DNA of 64,000 nucleotides from an uncultured Lachnoclostridium sp. (GTDB lineage Bacteria; Bacillota; Clostridia; Lachnospirales; Lachnospiraceae): NCBI GenBank assembly GCA_964561705.1, contig CAZLQJ010000001.1, positions 45,915 to 109,914 of the forward strand, read 5' to 3'. Shown piece by piece: positions 15,840 to 25,526 of this stretch (position 1 is its first letter; each line of letters starts with the position of its first letter). The notes under the pieces were generated by a model. It saw only the letters and a program-made list of their open reading frames with translations, ran no database searches and was not told where the DNA came from. The position numbers and the translations under genes were made by a program.

Positions 15840-18767
15840 TTAATTTTCCTGTACATTTACTATAATTTCATGATTTCCACTGACCGGCAGAATATAGGGA
15901 TGCTTTGCTATGATTTCCGGATCTACTTCCTGACGTCCTTTTGGTCCATTTACCAAAGCAACCAGGTAAACTTTCCGAATCTGCACAATCTCCGGAATTT
16001 CTTTGATCGCATTCCGAAGCTGCATTGCCCCCGGAAATTGACCGATTGCCCAGCCATTTCCATCAAAATGACCATTCATAGGATCTAAAAATCGGGAAAT
16101 CTGTTCCTGTACTCTTCTTCTTACCTGAAAAACTTCCTGAAAACTTTTGATCACAACTTCTGCCATAACTTTCACTTCTACCAGCTTTGGTCCGGTTACA
16201 TAAAACTGTTTTCTAGTGACAATTCCTGGATCCATCCTTGGAATAAGATACTGACGGATACTTTCCTGTATAGATGTTATCTGACTTTTATCCATTTGAT
16301 CACCCTCCGGTAAAATAACCAGGGTCACCGCTCCGGGTTCTTTTTCACCTTCTTCATTTCTTCCGCCAAAACATCTTACCTTCTTCAGCACTCTGGAAGC
16401 CTCCATGGCCAGTTCCTCATAATCCCTGGCAGTCACCGCCCGATCCCAGTGACGAAGTCTGGCGCTGCATCGGCGCAATGCTTCTTTCGGTGTTTCTGTA
16501 TCAAGACCGCCCCATAGACTTTCCGGATTATAAACGCCTGTCACAAATCCCAGGGTCTGATTTAATTTATTCACCTGACCAGCTCCTACATTTGCATGAC
16601 TTCCTCCACCGCACCGATAGCTGACACGGATCGCATCTGTTCTGTTCAACGGAGGAAGCATTCCATGATTTCCATTTCCAAAATAGATTATGCCATTCGA
16701 TCTGTCCGCCTGATAAACCCGGCTGTCCGCGGTGACTGTTTCCAGATCTTCCACTTCCTTCCACATTGTGTAAGTCTCTTCTTCCTGAATTTCTACTAAG
16801 ATACGATCAATATTTCCATGCATCAGATGTAAGCAACAACTTTCTTCAATCTCATCCAGCGTAAACCATTCGGTCTCTTTTTGTTCCATATGGCGGATCT
16901 CTACCGCGTTCATCCAGAGAGACTTTAATACCGGATACCGTTTCCCACTCTGATTCTCTTTATAGAAATCTCCTGCATCCCGCAAGCGAATCCAATACTT
17001 TTCTTCCCCAAAACAGGAGGTCTTTAAAAAATCCTCCGGACCCACAAAAGTTACCAGTCCCGGACGACTGAGCGAACAAGTCTCATCTGCTAAATTCATT
17101 TCTTTCCATCCCTTTTCACTCCTGTATTCCCAGCAAATGCTTCCTCGTTCCCCTAAAATCGGCTCTTCTAACAGAAAAAGCATCCTCACCGGAGCACCTT
17201 TCGGCGCTTTTTCAAATCCCAAATACAAAGATTTTTCAGACTCCTTCAATCCCTGAAAAAGATCTTCCTCTCTCTTCTGAAATTCTTCTCTGGTCAACAG
17301 AACCTTCTCTAAATTATTGGAAATGCCAATGTTCTTTGTTTCCTTTCCTGCTCCCGGATATGAATAAGAAAAACAGGTATTTCCAAGAACCGGCACAATG
17401 TACTGACCTTTTAATTTATAGAAATTATTAATCTTTAATATTCTTGCCCGGATATAACAGGTTTCACAGGAATTTACCAAAATCGGCATCATATCTGCCG
17501 GACATGTAAAGGTAATTTTCTTTTGCTGACTTAACATTCCTCCGCGGATTCCAAAAATATCACTGTATTCTTTCCCTGAAAATAAACGACTCCATCCATT
17601 TCCATTAAAATATTCCCAGATAACTTCTTCTATGCTTACATCAAACTCCGGATTAGGTTTAAAATCCGATCGTTTCATAATCCATTTCCATTCAATCGGA
17701 TCTTCCTCCAGATTTGTCTCCAGTGGAATGGGAACAAAATCTATATGAAAATTCAGGGTGATTTCTGCCCCCCGCTTTCCCAGCACTTCCTTTGATCCAA
17801 AATAAACCTCCTCAAACGGTGTCAGGCTCTGACCAAATGGAAAATATTCCTGCTGATCACATTCTACGGAAGCCCCATAGATATATTCCGGTTTTAACTG
17901 ATCCGCTCTGCTCCTGATCTTAATCTCCTCCACGGAAATTTTTTCCGCCTTATGGATATCCAGGATCCTGCAGCGCAGTACATAACTTTGCTTATCACGA
18001 AATTCAGCCTTCGCAAAAGCCGGCTGTTCCTTCTTCTTATGGAGCAGCAAATGTTCCTGAAAAACCGATACCTCCGGCAAATCCTGCCATCCACCATCGC
18101 TCCAGTAGGAAAATCGGGCAATTTCCGGATCTGCCAATATCTCCAGAATCTTCTTTTCCAAAAGTTTTCCCCGATGTGCAAAAAAACTGATTTCGATATA
18201 GGTCTCACCAAAGATTTCCAAAACTTCTTCGTGAAAAAGATATAATTCATGTGACTGAAGATTCTCTCCCTTCTCACGAAACAAAACCAGCGCTTCCTCC
18301 TGCCTTTTGAGATCTTCACACAATCTGTATATCCGATCCTTTGCTCCGTCTGTCATATAGAAGCAAGAGGGACGGGCCGGTGTCACATAGATGTCTTCTG
18401 CCGTTTCATACTGGACCGTTGGTTCGTCTCCATCCTCCAAATCCGCTGTCATTGCGGTTCCGGCATCGATCTCTATACCTTCCGGTGCATCCTCCGCAAT
18501 CTCAAACACCACATGACCACGTGCAGGAACAGATGGTTTTAACTGCGCTCCAAGCTCATTAAAAAATGACAGCTGATTTTTATATCCGGCCCGGTTGAAC
18601 TGTGCAATGGTTCCTTCCAGCATGTCTGCATAAACCACTGCCAATGCTGACCCAATGTCCGGATCATTCACATTAAAATTCCATTCCGGTGTATAATTGG
18701 AAGCAATCTGTCCAATCTGTCCGATAATTTCCTCACTGGTTCTGGAATCGATTTTCCACTCCTTCAT
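15840..18767 (-). CDS. Large baseplate J / gp6-like baseplate protein (975 aa, Afp11-like)
   Basis: The N-terminus is NYTPEWNFNVNDPDIGSALAVVYADMLEG, and the C-terminal part contains VTARDYEELAMEASRVLKKVRCFGG and PGAVTLVILP. Confidence 0.8.
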   Translation of the reverse strand: MKEWKIDSRTSEEIIGQIGQIASNYTPEWNFNVNDPDIGSALAVVYADMLEGTIAQFNRAGYKNQLSFFNELGAQLKPSVPARGHVVFEIAEDAPEGIEIDAGTAMTADLEDGDEPTVQYETAEDIYVTPARPSCFYMTDGAKDRIYRLCEDLKRQEEALVLFREKGENLQSHELYLFHEEVLEIFGETYIEISFFAHRGKLLEKKILEILADPEIARFSYWSDGGWQDLPEVSVFQEHLLLHKKKEQPAFAKAEFRDKQSYVLRCRILDIHKAEKISVEEIKIRSRADQLKPEYIYGASVECDQQEYFPFGQSLTPFEEVYFGSKEVLGKRGAEITLNFHIDFVPIPLETNLEEDPIEWKWIMKRSDFKPNPEFDVSIEEVIWEYFNGNGWSRLFSGKEYSDIFGIRGGMLSQQKKITFTCPADMMPILVNSCETCYIRARILKINNFYKLKGQYIVPVLGNTCFSYSYPGAGKETKNIGISNNLEKVLLTREEFQKREEDLFQGLKESEKSLYLGFEKAPKGAPVRMLFLLEEPILGERGSICWEYRSEKGWKEMNLADETCSLSRPGLVTFVGPEDFLKTSCFGEEKYWIRLRDAGDFYKENQSGKRYPVLKSLWMNAVEIRHMEQKETEWFTLDEIEESCCLHLMHGNIDRILVEIQEEETYTMWKEVEDLETVTADSRVYQADRSNGIIYFGNGNHGMLPPLNRTDAIRVSYRCGGGSHANVGAGQVNKLNQTLGFVTGVYNPESLWGGLDTETPKEALRRCSARLRHWDRAVTARDYEELAMEASRVLKKVRCFGGRNEEGEKEPGAVTLVILPEGDQMDKSQITSIQESIRQYLIPRMDPGIVTRKQFYVTGPKLVEVKVMAEVVIKSFQEVFQVRRRVQEQISRFLDPMNGHFDGNGWAIGQFPGAMQLRNAIKEIPEIVQIRKVYLVALVNGPKGRQEVDPEIIAKHPYILPVSGNHEIIVNVQEN

Positions 18768-18778
18768 CTGCCTGCCTC

Positions 18779-19207
18779 CTATGCTCCCATTCCTTCATTG
18801 ATATAATATGGATAGACCAGATTGTACGGATTATTCGTACTGCGTACAACATAGCTGATCTCAATCAGCAACACCCCTTCTTCTTCCTGTTCACTATTTA
18901 CGTGAACCTCAACCTGTATGATCCTTGGTTCCCAGATCATCAATGCCCGCTGTACTGCCTGCTCCATCTGATATCTCGTGGTGTAATCCATGGTTTCAAA
19001 GGCATAGTCATAAATATCACATCCAAATTCCGGACGCATGACCCGTTCACCTTTTCTCGTCCTTAAAATAATCTGGATTGCCTGAGCAATATCCTCCTCC
19101 AATGAAACTGTTTTCATTCGTCCTGTGGCCTCGTCTACTTCAATAGGAAATGCAAATCCCGTCCCCAGAAAATGATTTTTATGCGCTCGCTCTGCCATCT
19201 GATCCAT
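18779..19207 (-). CDS. gp25/GPW-like baseplate wedge protein (Afp9-like)
   Basis: FLGTGFAFPIEVDEATGRMKTVSLEEDIAQAIQIILRTRKGERVMRPEFGCDIYDYAF is the classic GPW_gp25 signature. Confidence 0.9.
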   Translation of the reverse strand: MDQMAERAHKNHFLGTGFAFPIEVDEATGRMKTVSLEEDIAQAIQIILRTRKGERVMRPEFGCDIYDYAFETMDYTTRYQMEQAVQRALMIWEPRIIQVEVHVNSEQEEEGVLLIEISYVVRSTNNPYNLVYPYYINEGMGA

Positions 19208-19212
19208 CTCCT

Positions 19213-19986
19213 CTAATTAATCTTCACAATGGAACCTTTCAGCTGGGCTGCACCGCTGGATTCCAGTTTCAGGCTTCCGTTTCCTTTCACATTCACCGAG
19301 GTTCCTGCAACCTTCAAGGTCTGTCCCTGAAGTTCCGCACTTTGATTTGCCTTGATCACAACCTTGCCGGCATTAATCTGCACGGACTTGCTGGTTCCGT
19401 TAAAGGAAGCCATTGCCTTTCCTCCAACCTTAATCTCCAATTTCTTTTCTGCTGCCAGCGTCATCGCTCCCTGCTTTCCATCCAGGGTAATTCCATTCTT
19501 CCCGTCTTTGTCACTAATACGTATGGTCTGTTTTTCATCTTCCAACAATATTTTCATATCCTTCGGTGTCTTTATCAGAATCTGTTCTTTTCCGGACACT
19601 TCCGAAAAAGTGATCTCACACCCGCCTTTCGTCCGCATTTTTTTTACCGGATTCTTCTCTTTTACTGTATCTTTTGGTAATGCATTTTTCTTGCTCCAGA
19701 CACAGCCAATGACTACCGGACAATTTCTATCCCCCATTTGAAATGCCAGAACAACTTCTGAACCAATCTCTGGCAATGCATAACTTCCATAGCCATTTCC
19801 TGCATAGGGTACAGCAATCGGAACCCATCCTGTCTGGTTTTTCCCTTTTTCTCCAAGAAAATACTCTACTTTGACCATTCCCGGATGCTCTTTATTCCAA
19901 TTTTCTTTCACCAGACCGATTACAATCCCGGGAACCGTCCCTGATAATGGAGAAGACGGCTGCAGCAGTTCATCAAACATTCCCAT
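19213..19986 (-). CDS. gpV/gp5-like spike protein: OB-fold plus beta-helix (C-terminal half of an Afp8/VgrG equivalent)
   Basis: The sequence GTVPGIVIGLVKENWNKEHPGMVKVEY...GWVPIAVPYAGNGYGSYALPEIGSEVVLAFQMGDRNCPVVIGCVWS is followed by a repetitive beta-strand tail. The preferred start is the ATG at 19986 (GGAGGA 8-9 nt upstream, TGATG overlap with the gpD stop). Confidence 0.85.
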   Translation of the reverse strand: MGMFDELLQPSSPLSGTVPGIVIGLVKENWNKEHPGMVKVEYFLGEKGKNQTGWVPIAVPYAGNGYGSYALPEIGSEVVLAFQMGDRNCPVVIGCVWSKKNALPKDTVKEKNPVKKMRTKGGCEITFSEVSGKEQILIKTPKDMKILLEDEKQTIRISDKDGKNGITLDGKQGAMTLAAEKKLEIKVGGKAMASFNGTSKSVQINAGKVVIKANQSAELQGQTLKVAGTSVNVKGNGSLKLESSGAAQLKGSIVKIN

Positions 19987-21065
19987 CAGCTCCATCCTCC
20001 TATCTCAAATTCTGTGGTAAACGCATCCTTGCTGATCTTGTGGCAAACATTGGTAACATAATATTTTTTATTTACCATTTCTTCCAGCTTCACAACCTCC
20101 ACAAATCTTCCTGGTACAATTTCCGGCAGACCAATACAAATACCTCTGCCCCTTTGCCCTGCTGTCATCTGCGCATCTGCCAAAGCCTCCGCCCGAATCT
20201 TAGCCTTATTTTGTGTATCTGCCTCCGGATCTGAAATACAGGAAACCGGTATCTGGGAGGTCAGTTGATTTTGAGGCTCTTTGGAGCGAATGGTCGTTCC
20301 GGCCGTAATGATTTTCTGTTCCAACTGATGAAATCCCGATACTTCAATTTTTAAGTTGGTATAACAGCTTTCCATCTCAAACTGTCTCAGTTCCCTTCCA
20401 TACTCCATTTTCATGATCGGTCTTGTTTCTTTTCTTGGTTTTCTAAAATAGGCGGTATCTCCCAACACAAAAAACTCCCGCCCGGTACGGCCACTCCCTG
20501 CCAACTCTCTTGCAATAAAATCATAATCTGTAGAATTTTGAGAAAGCGGTCGTTCCAAATTGTCCTTTGTCTGATCAATCTGTACTTTACAAAGCTTAGA
20601 ATACGGTTTCAGAACTTTTTTTACTGCATCGGAGTAATTTTTTACATCATGGAGTACGTGATGGACACCACATTGCATCATCAAACGCCGCACATCCATA
20701 ATCGTAATCACCAAACACGGGTAGGATTTAAATTCTGCACCTAAAAATGCGATATAGCCCTTCAGGATCTTTTTCACTTCTGATCCATAACCAATCCCAA
20801 CTTCTACGATCGTTCCCAATTGAAACTTCTTTTTGATGCCTTGATCAAAACTTCTTTTTTCCTTATCATAATCCGCATCTAGACGGATGACTGCCATACT
20901 CGCTGCTGACAATGCTAGGGAAACTTCCACCGACATTACTTTGAAACTGATTTCCTGACTTACTTCTCTTCCATTGATGTAGAGGCGGACAGCCGGAATA
21001 TGAAAGTTTCCATATTTATTTGCAAGTGCTTCATATGTATAGACATCTGTCATCAAACCTGCCAC
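19986..21065 (-). CDS. Phage late control gene D-like baseplate hub (gp27-like, N-terminal half of a VgrG equivalent)
   Basis: 359 aa, sitting between the LysM tube initiator and the gpV spike. The N-terminus is YTYEALANKYGNFHIPAVRLYINGREV. Size and order are typical of gpD. Confidence 0.75.
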   Translation of the reverse strand: MAGLMTDVYTYEALANKYGNFHIPAVRLYINGREVSQEISFKVMSVEVSLALSAASMAVIRLDADYDKEKRSFDQGIKKKFQLGTIVEVGIGYGSEVKKILKGYIAFLGAEFKSYPCLVITIMDVRRLMMQCGVHHVLHDVKNYSDAVKKVLKPYSKLCKVQIDQTKDNLERPLSQNSTDYDFIARELAGSGRTGREFFVLGDTAYFRKPRKETRPIMKMEYGRELRQFEMESCYTNLKIEVSGFHQLEQKIITAGTTIRSKEPQNQLTSQIPVSCISDPEADTQNKAKIRAEALADAQMTAGQRGRGICIGLPEIVPGRFVEVVKLEEMVNKKYYVTNVCHKISKDAFTTEFEIGGWS

Positions 21066-21081
21066 CGCTTCTCCTCCTAAT

Positions 21082-21789
21082 TTATAATGCCGGGATTTTT
21101 AACACGGTTCCCGGTGCAATATGCAATGGATCTGATATTCCATTGGCTTTCGCAATGATTCTCCACTTTGATATATCACCATATTCCTTGGCAGCCATAT
21201 CCCAGATGGAATAATCTTCTCTTACAGTTCTACTCTTCGTTCTATCCGGTGATTCAAAAGGGGATTTTCTTCCATTCCAGGAAGCCACAACTTCCATGAA
21301 TTGAACATTCAATTTTGCCTGGATTGGCATGCCATCCTCCGCAAATTTGGTATAGGTACTTTCCACATTTGTGATCACTCCGTAAAAAGAAAGTGAACCC
21401 CAGATAAATTTCACCTCCGGCGGCGCATGAAATCTTCCATCAATATTTATAAGATCTGTAATTTCCCGCACATCTTTTGATACATCGGTTGCCTTTTTAT
21501 TTGTAAAGGTCGAAGTTGTTATCACCGGACCGGTATCCAGAAAAAGTTCCATACGAAGCGTTTTTGCACTTCCGCCTGAATAAACCGTCAATGGATCATC
21601 CTTCCATGGAAGTGGTATCTGTTCATAGCTTGCTTCCTCCGATAGCGTATACTGTGATGGATTAAATAACACCTTGATTGTTTTTTTTGATCCATCCTTG
21701 TTATAAGCCACGATCTGGGCCTTTTTTAGTTGTTCCGGAAAAAAACTATTTACGTTGAAAGCTGTCAGAGCACTTGCTGCCATATCCAT
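21082..21789 (-). CDS. Tube-initiator/baseplate hub protein with a C-terminal LysM domain (Afp7-like)
   Basis: C-terminal LysM: YSIWDMAAKEYGDISKWRIIAKANGISDPLHIAPGTVLKIPAL. The N-terminal part is tube-like. Confidence 0.85.
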   Translation of the reverse strand: MDMAASALTAFNVNSFFPEQLKKAQIVAYNKDGSKKTIKVLFNPSQYTLSEEASYEQIPLPWKDDPLTVYSGGSAKTLRMELFLDTGPVITTSTFTNKKATDVSKDVREITDLINIDGRFHAPPEVKFIWGSLSFYGVITNVESTYTKFAEDGMPIQAKLNVQFMEVVASWNGRKSPFESPDRTKSRTVREDYSIWDMAAKEYGDISKWRIIAKANGISDPLHIAPGTVLKIPAL

Positions 21790-21799
21790 CCTCCTGTTC

Positions 21800-24700
21800 C
21801 TAAATCAATCCTCTGCGGATCCTTTCCATACGAAGCTGTTCCTGAAACTTTTTCATGACCTGATCATTTTCATTTGCGGCTTCCTTTCTGACTTCTTTTT
21901 TTTGCAGATGTTGTTCAAATTCCTTCTGCCGCTCTTCAAGTTTTTGCAGCTGCCTTTTTTGCTGTTCCGATTGCTGTTCCAGTCTTGTCAGCTGCTGTTC
22001 CTGTTTTTCATGAAACTCTTCAGTTTTTTCTACACGATTTTGAAAATATTCAAATCTTTCTGAAACCTGGTTCTTCTTTTCCGGTACAATGATCTCCCTA
22101 CTTTCCATCAGCTGTCTGATCTCCGGGCGTTCCGACAATTGTTTCCACGTGACAACCTCTTCCGTCTTCACTTTTCTCTCCACTTCCGGCTCTGCTTCCA
22201 ACTCCCGGATCAGATTATTTTGCAGAAGATATTCTGTCATTTTTGAATCCTGCATCTTACGCTCCACAATCTGTTCTTCCGACATCTCATGTTCCACGAT
22301 CCGCTCTTCCAGCGTCCCCCGTTCCACAATTGTTTCACTTTGCAGGTCTGCAAACGTACTCAAAACTTCCTGCTCCCACGATATCACTTCGTTGTGATTT
22401 GATACGGAATGAACGATTTCCATCATCTGTTGTGTTTGTCGATCTTTGATAATCGTTCTTCCCGAAAAAACATTCCGAAGGGTTTCCCTTAGGAACTTTG
22501 AAATTTCCGGAAGTTCCTTTACCAACATTTCCGTATCTATTTTTTCCAATATATGACCAATCACTGTAGACAATTCTTTTGAAATCTGAACATTTTGGGA
22601 CAATCGTTCCCGATGCTCCAGGTTTCGTTCCACTTCACTTTCCAGTATAGTCAATTCTTCTGTTGACAATTTTTCAACTTCCTTTTGCATGATCTCAAAA
22701 ATCTTTGATTCACTATGCAAATAAACCTTCGTGTCTGTGTGATTTTCTCCGACAACCACATCCCTGTCAGTCATCTGCATTCGCTCTGTGAAAATATTTT
22801 TGTCAGTAAATGCGTTTCTATCGATGATTACGTTTCTGTCAACAAGCACATTTCTATCAGTGATTACGTTTCTGTCAGTAAGTGCATTTCTATCGGTGAT
22901 TTCATTTCTATCGCTGTTCACTCTTTTTTCGATAGCCTGCCAGATGAATTCACAGAATTTTTCTGAAAAATGTGGCAGTTCCTTGAAAAGATCCCCCCTG
23001 TCAATATTTTCCAGCAGTTGTTTTGTTAATTCTTCTGTTAATTTTTTTGTTTCTTTTAATGTGTTTTTTATTTCTTTTAAAACATTTTCATTTCTAACAA
23101 GCTGAGCACTTTTCAAATGAATTTCCGGAGAAACTTCTGTATAAATTTTAGAAGGATCTCTATACTCTGTCTCTTTTTCAAAAAGTTCTCTTTCCAATCT
23201 TTGAACATCTTTTTCTGATAACTGTTCCACATGCTGCTGCAAACTTCGATAGATCAATGATTTTTCAAAAACCTTAGCATTTTCGGATTTATTTTCATAG
23301 GATCCCCGCTCATCCAATACAGTTCTTATAATGTCCTGGATTTCCAGACGAAGCTCCGGAAATTCTTCTAATAAAGTTTCTATATCCATATGCCGTAAAA
23401 CCCGACCTACCAGTACCGATGTTATCTGCTGTTCCTGCTGCATCGGCAATTCTAAAAAAGTCTGAAGCTCTGATACTTCCGGTGTTATCCGAAACTGCAG
23501 TAATTCTGATATAATCTGAAGTTCTGATTCTTCTGACTGCATCCAAAATTGTGGTAATTCTGTTATGATCTGTAGTTTTGATAATTCCGGTAATATCCGG
23601 AACTGTGGTAACTCTGTTATGATCTGTAGTTTTGATAATTCTCTTAATAAAACTTCCCGGTCTGTCCGACTCAACAACTTCTGAAGAAAAACATTAATCA
23701 TTTTATTTTTCTCTTCAAGATGATCAAATACAATCTTTTCATCCTTAGAAATTTGAGTCTCAGAGGATCCGTTTTCGTCCAAAACTTCCTTCCAAAGTTC
23801 TGTAAGTTCTTCCACTGAAAAATTCAACATCTCATCATAAAACATTTGAAAAATCAATGAGTTCTCATGCACCACACGCTCATCAATTTGATTGCTTACC
23901 ATTTTGCGAATAAGCTGCTCGCATCCTGACGTTTCACTTTCAAGGAAGCTGTGCTCCACTGTAACCTGCTCATGAGATACTTCACCAGACACTTTATGAA
24001 ATACCTCTCTGATCATTTCCTTCAACCGGATGTTTAACTGAGAAGATACCTGCTTTAAACTTTGCAATTCCGTTTCAACAACTTCTTTTTGCAATTCTGT
24101 CTGTCCGTTTTGAAAAAACGTTCTTTGGAGGAACTCCATTTGAATGTTTTTTCGCTCAGATTCTGATAGAAGTTCCAGTTCCTCATTAATCAGTTGCTGC
24201 AGCTTTGTTTCTTTTTGAAGCTGATGTTGCAGCTTTGTTTCCTGTTGAAAATATGTTTTCCGGCTTTCCTGTTTTAATACCTGGTGCAGGATTTCATAAA
24301 ATTTCTCTCGTACTGCCGGAAGTTCCCAAATCAGTGAATCTGACTCTGTTTCTATCAATAATTTATGGATGAATGCTGCGGAAGTTTCTGTTAGGACAGA
24401 TTCATAGGTAAGTTCCTGATCTGTTTCTAAATCTTCTCCTTGCAGCTGTTCATTTTCAATCTTTATCTGCTCTCTATACAGATTTTCTGCCTGTTCTAAT
24501 ACTTGTCGGCAGAAATATAACTTTTCTAACCGTTCTACAATCTCTTTTTGCAATTGTTCCTGTCTTACCAGGATTTCTTTTTTTGTTTTCTGTTTTAAAA
24601 TTGTCACCTGCTGCTCTAAAATCGCAAGTTCCCTGCAAAATTCCTGCCATACAGAGAAACCTTCTATATTCTCTATATTTTCTATATTTTCTATATTTTC

Positions 24701-25498
24701 TGTACTTTCTATATTTTCCGTACTTTTGGTTTGCTGAACCTCTTCTGTATGTTCTAAGCTTTCCGTCCTCCAGACATCTTCGATACGCTCCATGCTCTTG
24801 ATGTCCTTTGTGCTCTCGATGCTCTCTGTACACTCTCTTCGCTGTACATTTTCGATGCGTTCTATCTCCTCTGCTTTTTGAAGTTTTTCTGCGCTCTCGA
24901 TGCGCTGTACGTTTTCAACACGTTCTGCACCTTCTATTCTTTGAACCTTTTCTGTATGCTCAACGATTTCATTTTTTTCACAATTTTCCAGCTGATGCAT
25001 ACTTTCTGTATTCACAACATGTGCTGTACGTTGGTTCTCCTCCAGATTCTGCACCTTTTCCACATCTTTTCTTTCAAATAACCTACACTGGCGCTGTTCC
25101 AGTTCCCGATATTCCTTAATCAGCATATCTAACTGACTAACCAACTGGGTTTCACGGGATTTTTCCCGAAGCATTTCCACCGCTCCTGGCAAAACAGTCT
25201 CCCGCAGGATTTTTTGATAGAATTCTCTATTATTTTCTTCTCTGGTAACCAGTTTTACGGTTTCTTTTTCACGAAGTATATACTCTCTTACACGTTCTTC
25301 TTCCGGCTCTTTTCCTATTTCTTCCTCCTCCGGCACAGCTGGCTGCAGATACACGAAAGAGGCAGGATCAAACATATAAGCTTCTCCCTGCCCACTCTTT
25401 TCAAAAATTTCTTTCACAAACAGCGACGTTCTGCTGATAGATTGCGGAAGTTCTGTTCGTTTTCCCAATAGATACTTTTTTCCTATCTGCACAAGCAT
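21800..25498 (-). CDS. Giant E/Q/K-rich, highly repetitive coiled-coil protein in the tape-measure position (Afp14 analogue candidate)
   Basis: 1232 aa, between the second tube gene and the LysM initiator. It has several nested repeat families (see the repeat features) and no TM segment. Confidence 0.5.
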   Translation of the reverse strand: MLVQIGKKYLLGKRTELPQSISRTSLFVKEIFEKSGQGEAYMFDPASFVYLQPAVPEEEEIGKEPEEERVREYILREKETVKLVTREENNREFYQKILRETVLPGAVEMLREKSRETQLVSQLDMLIKEYRELEQRQCRLFERKDVEKVQNLEENQRTAHVVNTESMHQLENCEKNEIVEHTEKVQRIEGAERVENVQRIESAEKLQKAEEIERIENVQRRECTESIESTKDIKSMERIEDVWRTESLEHTEEVQQTKSTENIESTENIENIENIENIEGFSVWQEFCRELAILEQQVTILKQKTKKEILVRQEQLQKEIVERLEKLYFCRQVLEQAENLYREQIKIENEQLQGEDLETDQELTYESVLTETSAAFIHKLLIETESDSLIWELPAVREKFYEILHQVLKQESRKTYFQQETKLQHQLQKETKLQQLINEELELLSESERKNIQMEFLQRTFFQNGQTELQKEVVETELQSLKQVSSQLNIRLKEMIREVFHKVSGEVSHEQVTVEHSFLESETSGCEQLIRKMVSNQIDERVVHENSLIFQMFYDEMLNFSVEELTELWKEVLDENGSSETQISKDEKIVFDHLEEKNKMINVFLQKLLSRTDREVLLRELSKLQIITELPQFRILPELSKLQIITELPQFWMQSEESELQIISELLQFRITPEVSELQTFLELPMQQEQQITSVLVGRVLRHMDIETLLEEFPELRLEIQDIIRTVLDERGSYENKSENAKVFEKSLIYRSLQQHVEQLSEKDVQRLERELFEKETEYRDPSKIYTEVSPEIHLKSAQLVRNENVLKEIKNTLKETKKLTEELTKQLLENIDRGDLFKELPHFSEKFCEFIWQAIEKRVNSDRNEITDRNALTDRNVITDRNVLVDRNVIIDRNAFTDKNIFTERMQMTDRDVVVGENHTDTKVYLHSESKIFEIMQKEVEKLSTEELTILESEVERNLEHRERLSQNVQISKELSTVIGHILEKIDTEMLVKELPEISKFLRETLRNVFSGRTIIKDRQTQQMMEIVHSVSNHNEVISWEQEVLSTFADLQSETIVERGTLEERIVEHEMSEEQIVERKMQDSKMTEYLLQNNLIRELEAEPEVERKVKTEEVVTWKQLSERPEIRQLMESREIIVPEKKNQVSERFEYFQNRVEKTEEFHEKQEQQLTRLEQQSEQQKRQLQKLEERQKEFEQHLQKKEVRKEAANENDQVMKKFQEQLRMERIRRGLI
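22760..22920 (-). repeat. 18-nt (6-aa) in-frame tandem repeat, about 8 copies
   Basis: Encodes NSDRNEITDRNALTDRNVITDRNVLVDRNVIIDRNAFTDKNIFTERMQMTDRDV. Confidence 0.85.
23441..23646 (-). repeat. 54-nt (18-aa) in-frame tandem repeat, about 4 copies
   Basis: Near-identical DNA copies gtggtaa(t/c)tctgttatgatctgtagttttgataattc start at 23551 and 23605. They encode LSKLQIITELPQFRILPE / LSKLQIITELPQFWMQSE / SELQIISELLQFRITPEV / SELQTFLELPMQ. Confidence 0.9.
24662..24724 (-). repeat. 9-nt/18-nt in-frame microsatellite-like repeat
   Basis: ttctatatt units encode STENIESTENIENIENIENIEG. The flanking 24775-24965 carries looser (V/I)(Q/E)RIE-type repeats. Confidence 0.9.
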
Positions 25499-25526
25499 CT
25501 GCCTCCTGTCGTTTCATCCATCGTCA

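Noticed and set aside
22760-24965. Regularly spaced short direct repeats that could suggest a CRISPR array or satellite DNA
   Set aside because: All repeats have periods that are multiples of 3 (9, 18 and 54 nt). They lie in frame inside the continuous 1232-aa ORF and have no unique spacers of CRISPR size, so they are coding repeats.
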